DNA of 32,914 nucleotides from Gonapodya sp. JEL0774 (GCA_027604505.1 JADIIX010000191.1:1-32914), one strand, 5' to 3'; positions 1 to 11,512 are shown, counted from the first letter of the stretch. Numbers and translations are program-made. Notes: generated from the sequence alone by a model not told the origin.

Positions 1-147
1 TCCGGTACATCTGGTACATCAGGTACGGGAGCAGTGACGACAAGCAAACCTAGCGGAGTTGGAAAGACGAGGGTGGTCGGTATGGGTGGTTGGATTGCCA
101 CCATGCTGCTGGCGATGCTGGTAACGATGGCCATTGCAATAGCGTAG
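1..147 (+). CDS. 3' end of a Ser/Thr/Gly-rich, probably GPI-anchored or secreted protein (runs off the left edge)
   Basis: Frame 1 reads SGTSGTSGTGAVTTSKPSGVGKTRVVGMGGWIATMLLAMLVTMAIAIA*, with TAG at 145-147: S/T/G stalk, small residues, then a hydrophobic C-terminal tail. Confidence 0.6.
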   Translation, partial: SGTSGTSGTGAVTTSKPSGVGKTRVVGMGGWIATMLLAMLVTMAIAIA

Positions 148-824
148 TGTGGTCATGGTCAGAGTGAGAGTGTCATGTAGTAACTATGTATGTTTGGAGT
201 GACAACTACATACATCTATGGAAGTTGTGAACTGTGGCATCCGTCTGCGTTCCCAACGTCACATCAGGTGGCTTAGTCATGAGTTACCGGACCGTTCCTC
301 CTTTGACTCGCTGTGGCGAAAAAATTCATGTGTTTCGAAGTTGAACTGCTGCTTGTTATTGATTTCCGCAACGATACGAAGCAAGATATTCATTTGTTGC
401 ACACTCAATGGCGATGGAGTGAGAGTTCTTCTCACATGTGACTTGATGAACGGGAACAGTCACATGAATATGAGTCACATTGATACTGTTTATATTATCA
501 GATAAACTTCCATCCCAATGGAGCAAAAAATTGGGTTACTGGTGGATGGACATGCGGAGTGCATCTGTCGGACGTGGTGGTGATTCAAAACGCCCGCTGC
601 TCCACACAAACGCCACTGCAATCTTCGTCACAAAGCACAAGACGCCACGGAATTCATCTACCTCAGTTTCAAGTGGACAATTCCATAGTGTATTCCCAAC
701 GTGAAATTGACACTGTCACCGAATGCAAGTACAGGTATTCCTTCAGCACCCTCTGATGTTGACAGAGTCATACACTATAAAGACTTGATCCCTCGAATAT
801 TACTCACTGTCTTACGCTTCTATG

Positions 825-1939
825 TTAGCTGTGCTGCATTACAATATCTTGCGCAGCAGGTACAGAGGCACTGATTGCCGAGGCTTCTGTAACATCCACA
901 GCTGTGGATGCACCTGTGTTGTCACCTTCCATGAGAGAAAGCCCACGAGAACTGTTGTCTTCCTCCATCTCCGACTGCTCAGGCGCATTGCTCGTGCTTG
1001 ACTCCCCATGTTCCCCATCTTCTCCTTCCCACGTTTCATTCTCCTCACCATCCACCTGAACATAGTTTCGAGGCACTAAACCTGCCTCAACAACCTTGCA
1101 CCGAATCCTCACACGGCCATCCTTGTCCACCCGGACAGTCCTCAAACCCTGTCCCTCCTCTTCACCAATGCGTGCTACTTTGCCCTTGACCTTGACCCGT
1201 GTTTTCACCGCAAGAATCCACCCTGGCGGATACGTTCGAATTGCAACACCAAGAAGCCGATCCAAAGTTTGACCAGCAGTTCGTGGTCGAACGTAGACCG
1301 AAGTACGCGGTGGAGAAGGGGAAGCAAAGGTCACGGTTGGGGCAGATGTAGACGGTGAGTCGATAGAGGCTGTGCGGTCGCCATTGATGGATGCCGGCGT
1401 AATTGTTGAAACAGGTTGAGACCCTCCGGTTGGAGGATCTTTGACATCCGATTCCTCCTCCTCCTCCTCTCCAAGTGTCTCCTCCACACCAACAACAGTT
1501 AGTTCCTCTCCTTCGTCCAAGTCCATTTCGACTTCGCCTTCACGGCGGAACTCATACATGGCGCGCGCCTTTTTGAATCTCCACCCATGTAGCTCAAATT
1601 TCCCACTCAACGCCTTTGCCAAATCAAAGTTCGCCACCAACGCTGCAGCATCGCACCGAACAGTTCCAGTCAGCTTCCTGCCACCCGATGCGCTTGCAGT
1701 ACTGAACTGTGACACGATACTTGTTGACGATTCATCGTAGCGCTTCAAACCGCTGTAGTCATTGCCATCGCCATCGCCATCCGAATCGGAGCCATCTACG
1801 TCTGCGTCTTGAGCATCTGAGGCACCGGCACCGTCGGTGTCAGAGGGAGGATCGAGGTAGTGGGGAAAGAGATGCCGGGGCAGGCCGTAATGTAGAGGGT
1901 CGCTGGGTTCGAATGCAAAGTCTCGGACGCGCAGTGGAG
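825..1939 (-). CDS. Nbp2/Skb5-like SH3 adaptor protein, main exon
   Basis: VRDFAFEPSDPLHYG matches the N-terminal motif of fungal Nbp2-like proteins. SH3 elements are ARAMYEFRREGEVEMDLDEGEELTV, GWILA and GLVPRNYV. An in-frame TAA directly precedes the ORF-track TTG, and a TAG acceptor lies at 1942-1940, so this exon follows an intron. Confidence 0.75.
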
Positions 1940-2366
1940 CTAGCAATTACGACGAGCATAACGAAATCAATCAAGAGTGATAATGGAATAATTGAGAGTG
2001 GCAGAACACCAAATGTCACTGACAGTGCAGGTTTACACACCATAGTGTCGCTGATCCAGTTTAGTGCGCCAAAATGAAACACGGGATTTGACCCAGCGTC
2101 AGAACGCAAATGAAATCGTTGTGAGTATAAACCAGAGACGGAAATAGTTGTGGGAAACAAAGTGGAGTGGAGAACAACATTCGTCAGCCCTCCCTCCGTA
2201 TAACACGAGTGAAGACCACCTCCATCAAATTCTGATAATCTCAAGTTTGAATTGTCCTATCTGAAACACCCTCTTTAATTTTCGGCGAGTCACTTTCAAA
2301 ATCCACATTCCAACACCCCTCTTCTGCCAAAAGTGCTCTGTGCGCGCTATTCAAACCAACACTCAC

Positions 2367-3083
2367 GTCGCTCTGCCATATCATCGCCTCTACCCCTTTC
2401 AAACCCTCAGGCATCCCTGCTTCTCCAGCTGCAGCTGCTACGCTTGAATCACCGTCCGAGTCAACCCTGAAATCCTCCGCGTCATACGCCTCATGTGGTA
2501 CCCGTTGAACTTCATTAGGAACGGGCACTGGAGTAGATACGGGAGCTACGAGAGGTGCAAGAGGAGGGCTCGTGCTTTTTAGGAAAGGGAGGGGTGCGGT
2601 GGCAGGGGCGGGGACCATAGAAGGGTGCTTGGGAGGGGAGCCAGCATCCTCACCGCCAGCGTCGACCTCAGCATCCGCGCGGGCGCCCCACGAACGAGGG
2701 TCCCCAGGTGGAGAGGGTGTGGGGAAGGATGTTAGAGAGGCATACTCGCTGGCATGAGAGGTGCTGGGAACGTCGAGAGCGGAGGACGTTGGTAGGAAAG
2801 GTGACGTGGGAGATGTCGGTGAAGTCGGGGAGGTGGGAGAGAGCGGAGGATTGCGAGGTCCCGAAGCTTGTTTAGAAAAGATGGACGGGGCGGTGGAGGT
2901 AGAATTAGAGGGGAATTTCCCGTGTCCGAACATAACTGCCGCTGCGGCGGAAGCGTGGTCAATGGAAGGAGTGATATGATGGTGGTTGGTGGGGTTGGAA
3001 TGGGTGGGGGAGACAGGTGGTGAGGCATGAGCAACCGTGTGGTGGTTGAAGTCTGTAAAGAGCGTATCCAGAGAGGTAACCAT
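2367..3083 (-). CDS. Pro/Ser-rich exon, probably the N-terminal exon of the SH3 gene
   Basis: ATG at 3083 (MVTSLDTL...), SPTSPTSPTSPTSP low-complexity tract, and a GTGAGT donor at 2366. The donor is phase 0 and the 1940 acceptor is phase 1, so an unresolved small exon or a different junction is required. Confidence 0.5.
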
Positions 3084-4158
3084 GGAGAAGGGAAGCGTTT
3101 CGGCAGCAATGAGAGATTCGTGTCTCCCCCACAAATGGCGTCACCTCTAGAATGCTTTATCCGACTCAACTCTGATTAAACTCGTTCGATTCGATTGGCT
3201 GACCTCGGGAAAGTGAACAAAGTGATTCCATTCTCGATCCAACATTCGTGCCAGAGGATCGTCTCACAAAGACTTTATTCCTTTAAGTCCACTAAAGACC
3301 CCAGCGATTCTCCTTCCAATCTCCCTAGTGTACTTTGACGCCGAACCAAAGGCCCCGAGTCTCAATGGACCATTCATTGATGAAGCCCAACAACAAGTCA
3401 CCACGGTTCAGTGGAGAACCATTGTTTCTGGGGAGCTTTCCTGATGGTAACAGTCAAACACAAACCTTGGTTCATTTGAGAAACCGAACTCTTGTTGTCT
3501 TTGACGTCCTGCATTACTGCAAGGCCGAGAGGATGGAAGGTTAACAAAACGTATTGCACAGGAAATCTCAATCTTCCAGCCTATTGTCCCAAGCTCCAAA
3601 GTCCATTGCGTGCCACCTTATTGATTCAGCAGTCCAATGTCACGGGCACTCATTGACCATTATCGAAGCGGCAATACTCAACCCGGCGTCAGATCCATTG
3701 TACTCACCTATGTCAGTTGCCACCATCCCCTTTCCCACGTTTCCCCACGCGTCCACGCTCAAATCCACTACCCCACCCACAGCAATATCGGATTCCATGG
3801 TGAAGGATGTATGCGTTCAGAGGGTGCGCGAACTTTGGTGACTGGGTTTGTGGCAAAGTTCGGCTGACCCACCGGAGCTTTTCAAGGTGAATATTCTCAA
3901 ACACATTTTGTAGAGTACAAGACAATCGATGAGTTAAATATGCCAATGAATAGGATGACACGGATGCCGTTGCAAATGTGCTCCTGCTGATAACTTTTGC
4001 AGTTCCAGTTGATAAACCTTTGCTATGGGATTTGAATGGCGAACTTGCTTTTCTGCACAAAGAGAATACTTGACAAAATAACACAAGGAAGAATGAATGG
4101 TGTTTGGTGTGCGGTTGGTGCGGTGTAAACTGAAGATGCAACACCACCGATTTAATCC

Positions 4159-5278
4159 ATGACCTCCAAAACGCCAGTACCCGAGGCTGCCCTGGAACAA
4201 CTCACCGCCGAAGTTGGTGAAATCGCTCAATCTCCTCGCCCTGCCTCCTACGACCTAGGTTCTGGATGGTCTGCTATTCTTGACACTACATACTCCAGAT
4301 ACTACTACTGGCATGCCGCAACGGGTACGGTAACATGGGAGATACCAGACGGACTATCTGGGGTGCCTGAAAGTAGCAGTGAACTCGTAGCAGCACCAGA
4401 TGGAGAAGAGGAAGAGAAGAAGATTCAGGTTCCGGAGGAGGATATGAAACAGCGTCGCAAGAAGCGGAAGACAGAGGAAACAGCGACTACCACAGTACCA
4501 GCGCCGTCGGTGGCTACTAGCGTTGCTGGACGTGTTCCTTTGCCTCTGCCGACGCCGGCCCCCTCCTTCTCGACTGTAAATTCTACTTTTGGAGCCTACC
4601 CATCCATCAAAGGTGACGATCCGCTGGCAAAGCTCGAGAGCCTCTTTGCGACAATCGATGAGCACAAAGATGAGCTTGATAAGGTGGCAGAAGATGCGAA
4701 GGATGAATTAAAAAGGAAGAGGGGTTATGGAGAGGTACAAGAAGAGCCAAAGTTAGATGCGTCCTCATCCGAAGGTGGATTCAGGTCTGAATTTGGAATC
4801 GATAGGAACAATATAGGGGATGTAAGGGGTGAAACAGCGACAGCGGAATACGGACAGTACGACTCGTCTTATGCGCCGGAGAGTTTTGCAACCTACGCTC
4901 CCGCAACCCAAGCATCAGGAGGTGCGCTTTGAAGCGTTCATGTGTGCTTGTGATGCTACTTAACGATATTAATCCACCATTCCAAAAGATTATGCCTACA
5001 GCGCCAAATTTGATAAACGAACTGGCCGAATGGTGCCCACACAACTAGCTACCGACCCACGCTTCGTGGACCCCCGAGCCCACTTCTCTGACAACAGTCG
5101 TGCTGTACGACAGATGAATGTGTTCTTCGACTACGAGTCATACGCGGCCGAAGTTCAGGCAGGGACTCACAAGGGGGCAAATCGGTTATCAAAGAAGGAG
5201 CTGGAGGAAGTGAAACGGCGTGCGAAAGAGAAGAAAGAAAAGAAGATATTACAGAAGTGGGGCGCGGGTTCTGACTAG
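4159..5278 (+). CDS. WW-domain protein of a conserved fungal family (2 exons)
   Basis: WW domain LGSGWSAILDTTYSRYYYWHAATGTVTWEIP. Intron 4922-4988 (GT..AG) joins in frame to DYAYSAKFDKRTGR...RAVRQMNVFFDY...KKELEEVKRRAKEKKEKK, a basic C-terminus typical of this family. Confidence 0.8.
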
Positions 5279-5650
5279 TCAATTTTCTTAATGTGAAATG
5301 ACTCCATCATGCGCGAAACAGCTCGCCCCATTCTTGATGTTCCCTCGTAGCGGTTTGTGCTATCCTCGTTTTCCATTAATGGGGACTACTTTTATTCAGA
5401 TGTTACGTACTTGTGAGACCCAGCTCAAGTTCCGGGACGATCCATTTGCAAAGGATAACCACAGAAGTTGGAGACTTCGTATTTCTTCCTCGGGATCTTT
5501 ACATAAATAAGTGTTATCAAAGGCTAAATGTGATAAGGGAGAAGTGGCGAGCAAATCAATGAAGGTTTATACATGTAGCGAACAGTCCGGCTGTTTTGTT
5601 GAGTAGCTTCCCGGATGTATTGTTGAGCAGCTTCCCCACTTGGTCTTCTT

Positions 5651-6404
5651 TCACTCTTCCACTCTTCTACCACTTCCATCCCGTGGGAAGTATTTGATTC
5701 CCTGGTTTTCGAGCCGTTCCTCCACATCTTCAGGGAGACGGCCGGAAACTCTCATTGCATACAAGCCTCGGTGGTAGGTGTCTGGAAGTGTAATACCAAA
5801 GACCGTGGTAGCGCAAAGGCAGGGAGTGTGATGAACCATGACAGTAGCAGTCCAAAAAGCCCCATCGGGGAGAGGATGGAGTTGTACAGATCGTCAGGAA
5901 CTCTCCTTAAGAACAATATCGCCCAAAATTTGACAGCAGTACCCACTCAGCTTCTGATACCGAGCGACCCATGACTGCTCTGGGTTCATCATGGCGATGA
6001 TTCTTTCAGATTCGAAATAGAGGTGATAGCCGCCACAAGCAGAGCCGGAATTGTTGTTAAATCACAGTGAGATGATTCAGTCAATCGAAAAAGGCAGCTC
6101 AACGATGCTTTCTGGTGAAACGTTGGAGACTCACCCTTCGTATTGACCGCTCGTGCACTCCTCTACTCGACTCGACGAGCCCTTAAGCTTCAAGATAGGT
6201 TCACAGTTGTCGCATCCGTCTTGAAGGAACTGTTTTTGACTCTGTTCGATGGAGTTCACGAGTTCATGGAGACCGCATGAGTGTGTCCAATGTTGCAGAC
6301 CTCTCCAAGTGGGAACGAAAAAAAATGCTGTGCTGGCGAACCTTTAAGAGTGAGCAGACAAGGCAGGCACGCAGACGGCGGGTGTCGGTGGGCAGAGAGT
6401 TCAT
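5651..6404 (-). CDS. SPT4: Transcription elongation factor Spt4 (exons 6404-6342, 6241-6135, 6002-5947, 5781-5651)
   Basis: The spliced product contains LRACLVCSLLKSQKQFLQDGCDNCE, EGIIAMMNPEQSWVARYQKL and GLYAMRVSGRLPEDV...YFPRDGS. All junctions are GT-AG and in phase. Confidence 0.96.
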
Positions 6405-6663
6405 TTCCTGTGACTCTGCAGTTGCGGGGAAGTGGTTCTTGGCTGGAGCCCCATCGTCAAGCCGTTTGAGCACAAACGTTTTTCTCCCTTCGAATATATA
6501 TGATAACAATCCAACAGTCCTTTGTTGCCGTGTTTTAGTTTCACAACGACGAGGGGAGCAATTGCGAAAGTACTTTGTGGCGACCACGTTACCGCTTGAT
6601 GAAGAGCGACAACTGGTTAATCATCATACAACTACGGCCAAATTAAGTCATTGGAAGCCCAAG

Positions 6664-7553
6664 ATGCTCGCATCGCTCATTGCTCTTGCAAAGCCCAAGC
6701 CCCCTCCACCCAAATTGTCGCCACTTGCGCGAATCGAGCCTGTCGTCGCTGCCGCCCGAGCTGGGATCGCGACTCTCCGATCAACTAAAGTCGATGTAAA
6801 CTCACTTGGCTCACTGGGAACTTTACTTGCAGTTATTATTGTTTCGCGATATGTGGGCCTCGTGAACGCGTTGGCGGTCACTGTCGCAGCAGTGTGGGCA
6901 GCGGCGGGCGGTGAGATGAGAGTTTGGATTCATGACCCGAAAAAAACATTTAACTTTCTCACAGCTACAGCAAGGCAAGGACCGGGAATCGCAACGATAT
7001 TGTTCACGTGTGAGCGAGAGGCTGTCGGCAGAGCTCTGTGGGTAACTTTAGTTCTCTGTATATTCCCGTCTTCCTGAGACCAACTTATTTTGCTTCGTTT
7101 GCACATGCAGCATTGCAGAAATGCTTTTAAGGCAATTGTAAATGTCTTTATTCTTCTCTGCGCTCCATTTTTTCGGGATGATCTCATTCCGACGGGATAC
7201 TTACAGCATCGCGTGCGGCCATATGGTACCAAATGTGGCGTCTCTTGCTCTCGTGGGTGGAGAAGTTCGAGAAGAGACGGAGACCCTCCTCGTGATTATT
7301 GTCCGGTCTCACTGTTTGGGTACACTGACTGGCCTCGCGCCGATTTTAGATGGTAAACTGTCACGAAACCCGAGTCGCTGAAGTCATCTCCCTCGTAAAG
7401 CGAAGATACTCTCGCATGGGGAACATACAAGTCGTGAGCGTCCAGGGTGGAAACTCAACGTTTTTAGAATGGGTGGCAGCAACTACAAGAATGAAAGTTG
7501 GCCAGAGAGTGTTCTTTGAGGACGAGCAGTTACCTGGATCTATAGGCGGATAG
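6664..7553 (+). CDS. Membrane-anchored degenerate CutA-family protein A (exons 6664-6910, 6965-7037, 7111-7137, 7207-7291, 7350-7553; 211 aa)
   Basis: Hydrophobic segment LLAVIIVSRYVGLVNALAVTVAAVWAA, then ILFTCEREAVGRALIAEMLLRQFIACGHMVPNVASLALVGGEVREETETLLMVNCHETRVAEVISLVKRRYSRMGNIQVVSVQGGNSTFLEWVAATT, collinear with the CutA at 10864-11512. Confidence 0.85.
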
Positions 7554-7678
7554 ATAGATGCCAATGAGCTTGATAAAAATATTGCCATTGTGTTAGTGCT
7601 TAGCGGAGCGGCTAGTACTTGGCACTTGGACCGGGCGAGGAATTCTCAACCGCAATCCAAAACTCAATCCCCGCCTCG

Positions 7679-9266
7679 ATGGAGCGGGACCGTCATCGGC
7701 TCTCAGCAGGATCAGACGCTCCCTCTCGTGGCTCCACCTCCTCTATCCGTAATGGTCCAGGGGCGCGAGCAACTGGAAGGGTCCATGTCCGCCTTGCCAG
7801 ATCTCTCAACGATACAACGAACTTTATAGGATGTCCCAAGCCAGCTTCGTTCGAGGTGCGCAGAGTTGATTCTAGGGATCTAATCGGGAGGAATTGAAGA
7901 CTTGTGGGGAATTGGATCACTGTCACTAAATTCGAATGCCTTTCGTTTACAGGAGTTTCGAGTTCGCTGCGCTTCCCTGTTCGGCCTCAAAGGGGATATC
8001 AGAGTTTATATCATAACGAACCGCGGATTCACGATGATTCTCCCCGAAGATATCGCGATGTTGCAGTGGGTTGTTGCACTGACCAAGACACTTTTGCGAA
8101 TCCCCAAGTTTCTTTTTTGCCGGTTTAGGAATGACGACTATCTTGAAGTCGAGTCCGTAGAAGAGGAGGATTCTCTTCCTGCTTCCCCCCCAGTACATCC
8201 CCCTCCTGTTCCAAGGAATGAACCTCCCCAACCACCTGCAACAGGCCATCGCCGCCGCACTCCAGAAGCTGACATTGTCCCTAACGATCTCGGTAACGAG
8301 TTTGACTACCCGGATTTGGATGAGCCGACGGGAGAACGTTTGTACCGTGCTGCTGTAGAGGGAGGCCACGTCCGCAGTTTGAGACGCCAAGATGATTCAG
8401 AAGATTCCGTGGTGGTAGAACTTGTTTCACCTGCGCGCCGAAGTAGGAGGATAAATGTGGAGGCGAAGACAAGACCGCCTGTGGCAACTGTGATTGTTAA
8501 GCCGTCTGCGAATATCTCACCAGGGAAGCGGGCCCAGCGACTATCGAAAACACCTCTGGGAACTGCCCCTTTGCCTTCTAAAGCGACCACTGAGGCTCTT
8601 ACTCGCCGCAGGGAGAATACTGACTTGGATGTCTCCCCCCCTTCAAAAAAGCCTCGGAGAGAATACGCTCGCATGAGACTCCTGGATGAAAGCGAGGACG
8701 AAATTATTCCCACGAGGACTGCTGAACGCGGGCGTACTGCAGTGCCGAGAATAGATGAGAACAAGCCTCCTCGTTTAGTTCCGAGAACTCGTCCTACCGA
8801 CGCTCCTGAAAAAATCATTGTGAAGGTACACGTAGTGACCCCCAATGGAACACCCACCACGGAGTTTCAGGAGTTCCGGTTGTCTCTCCGGAAACTCCTG
8901 GGATTAAACTTCTTCGAATCTATCATTCGGTCTTTTCCGGACGTATTTGCGGGAGACCCGACAGCCTATCTCGAAGAGGTGACGAACTTCAGCATTGGAT
9001 TCCGCGTTTCGATCCGATCCCGTGACAAGCGGCTGGTGCCCGTCATAAAAGACTGGCCCAATGATTTCAAGCGCACACCTCAGGAGATGGGATGGACAAA
9101 TGGAACGGTGTTGGAGGTGGGTTGCACTACAAGGGCAGGATCTGCATATGTAGTCCCCTGTTTCTTCACTAATGCTCTTTATTCTCTTTCCTCGTGGTTT
9201 CAAGGTTCAGATTGTGGACGTTTGACAATGACGTCACTCAGTCGTTTTTTTCGTTTTGTGTATTGA
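7679..9266 (+). CDS. Uncharacterised protein: N-terminal ubiquitin-fold-like domain, disordered middle, possible SUMO-like C-terminal domain
   Basis: ATG 7679 with introns 7856-7952 and 8066-8128 gives PASFEEFRVRCASLFGLKGDIRVYII...PEDIAMLQNDDYLEV. The C-terminal region has TPQEMGWTNGTVLEV. The 3' end is uncertain: 9225 if spliced to VQIVDV*, otherwise 9266. Confidence 0.6.
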
Positions 9267-9517
9267 AATTGTTAGGTGGGCCCTGGCCTAGCGGCAGCTT
9301 TACTCGCTGAACAATATGATATCCTGTATGCGTTGTCCACGCCGATAATTAGTGTATTTAACTGTTGTGACAACAAAGCTTCCCTTCCGCGAGGAGCCAA
9401 TCGATTCAAACACAGATATAGAAAGTGAGTCAGACATCTAAGTAATACAATGCGGCGTATCAGACAGTGTACTGCCGCTTCCATCTCTCCCGGACCTTGC
9501 TCGTCCACTTCTGACGC

Positions 9518-10681
9518 CTATTCGTCCATGGCTCCAGGCACCCCGTTTAGCTCGGCAGACGCCCACTCTGACCCTGATCCCGCAGTGGTGTCGGTAATCC
9601 AGTTAAGGAACTTCTGGTTGCCACTATCAATCTGATAGACGGACAATATTTGTGAGCTCACGTTTGACCAAGGGACTGTACGAGCCACCCACCTGAATCG
9701 CGACAACGTTAACCAAGGGAGAGTACCCAGCGCGAACAAGTTTGACAACGTCTTCCGTTCGTGAGGCGTCCATATTGAGAAGCTTTGATGGTGGATGAAT
9801 TGTCAGCGTAACGTTCGCATGGTTGAGACAACAAACTTCCCATGGTGACTCACAATGAGCGACTCTCGCTCTTCAGCAACTTCACCACCGACTAGGACAA
9901 GAGAAGCAGCGGCTGGGAGTATGTGCGCACAAGCGATCCTGAGAGTCCGGATTCAGAGGATACTGGATTGAACATTCCAACGCCACAGAACAGAGATTGC
10001 ACTCTATAAGCTCACAATTTTCGCTCCAGCATATCTTTTACTCTGTAAGATTTTGAAAATTAAGCGGGGAGACGTGAGCTGTGATGTTCAAAAACAGAAC
10101 TCACAGCTCCCTGGCGGTACTCTCTCTCGCGCAGGTGAAGTAGGCCAGCGTCGGTCCCGTGCGCCGCCTTGCCATTACTTTATGTGCGAAAGGACACGGT
10201 TACAATATGGCTCCTAAAGAACTCTTGGGAAGACCCTCCGAACAAACTCACGTGCTAGAACCGTCCAGCTCACCCCGATCAGGGCATACAAAGTGTTTCT
10301 GAACCCAAGCTGCCTAGCTGCAAGAAGCACTGCCAGAGCAGCTGTGATGGCGAAAAAGAATGGCGGTTTCGACAATAATCGCAGGACATTGCTGAGATAC
10401 CGAACAAGCGGGCTGGTTGGTTGACGTGCTTTCGGTGTATATAGTGGAGGAGGACTAGGTGGAGGCTCAGGGTGTGAATCTGGCTCCGGCGTTTGCGGGG
10501 GGGGCGGGGCAACGGCCAGCGGAGCGGGCTTGAGGATCGATTTTGGGGGGGCAGGAGCAGCAGCAGGCGAGGGTTTTGGCGGTTTTGGAGGAGGGGTCGG
10601 AGGAGGCCCACGCGAGGCCGTCCGGGGAGGAATCGACGTGGGTCTCCCCGGCGGCGCCTGTGTGTCCGGAGAGCCCAGCAT
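9518..10681 (-). CDS. Membrane-anchored degenerate CutA-family protein B (exons 10681-10252, 10177-10105, 10042-10016, 9938-9854, 9782-9693, 9631-9518; 272 aa)
   Basis: Pro-rich N-terminus, hydrophobic segment FFFAITAALAVLLAARQLGFRNTLYALIGVSWTVLA, then AYFTCARESTARELVKDMLERKLIACAHILPAAASLVLVGGEVAEERESLILLNMDASRTEDVVKLVRAGYSPLVNVVAIQIDSGNQKFLNWITDTT. The 73/27/85-nt exons are the same size as in paralog A. Confidence 0.87.
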
Positions 10682-10863
10682 CCGGATTCGGCCGGGGATG
10701 GTGTGAAGGCGGAGACCCTAAGCCTTGGTGTAATATCTCGGGGTTTCGATTGAGCCAACTGGTGAAAGAGGCAAAACGATATGTCCATCTAGTTTTAGTT
10801 TTCGAATTTATAATTACGAAGGCCATTTTAGCGACTGATAACTTTCTCATCATCATTTACTCG

Positions 10864-11512
10864 TCATGGTATATTGGGAATTCCTGAAGTGTTATCCCGA
10901 ATCCACCTCAAGTACGCTGGATTTCCGTTTTCAATCTGACAGGAACAGAAAACACCCAGGATGGGCTCAAATCAGCAACACCATTGAGTGTATGTGGTTC
11001 CACCCCTGTTCACACGTCACCTTTGTAGCGACCACCTCGGGGACCTCATAAGGATGATTTGAGCGAACATGAGCTGAAATCCTATCAACCAGGTGGCTCT
11101 GGGATTTGAGAATCTTTTGAATCGCAAATCTGAATGAGATTGTTGAGTGAGAGTTCGGATTCTGCTGGCACCGACCATGAGCAGCTCTTGATCTTCATTT
11201 TGTTTGCCTTCCCACTTATAGATTGATGTGACTGCCGGAATGATGTTGGAGCATGCAATTCTGGGTGTTGACTCACGTCAGGTCCAAAATGAATTACTCC
11301 AACATGGCAGCGAAGGTGCACCGCTCACAGGTTCTTTTCCAGCAGAGAGTAGCTCCTGCAGTCCAGATCAACTACATCAGCAATTGCCACATCTCGACGG
11401 GCGCTTCAAGGACTACTGGACAGCGAACTGCATCTCACAAGGATTTTGCAACGCCTGTGTCCGGGACCGTCACGTAAATGAGAACAGGATAAGAAGTGGA
11501 AGGATCTGTCAT
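10864..11512 (-). CDS. CUTA: Canonical CutA1 (divalent cation tolerance, PII-like fold) protein (exons 11512-11439, 11355-11329, 11260-11176, 11113-11021, 10935-10864; 116 aa)
   Basis: Spliced: MTDPSTSYPVLIYVTVPDTGVAKSLSYSLLEKNLIACSNIIPAVTSIYKWEGKQNEDQELLMILKSQSHLVDRISAHVRSNHPYEVPEVVATKIENGNPAYLRWIRDNTSGIPNIP. It has the CutA signatures ACxN, SIYxWEG, HPYEVPE and GNPAYLRW. It is absent from the ORF track. Confidence 0.95.

Noticed and set aside
2790..2850. SPTSPTSPTSPTSP as an RNA polymerase II CTD-like repeat
   Set aside because: No Tyr and a 3-residue period; ordinary low-complexity sequence.
3335..4147. Short ORFs between the SH3 and WW genes
   Set aside because: No motifs; consistent with a divergent promoter and UTR region.
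6277..7077. 266-aa ORF overlapping SPT4
   Set aside because: The 5' half is antisense to SPT4 and its promoter. Only the part from ATG 6664 is coding, and the ORF reads through introns.
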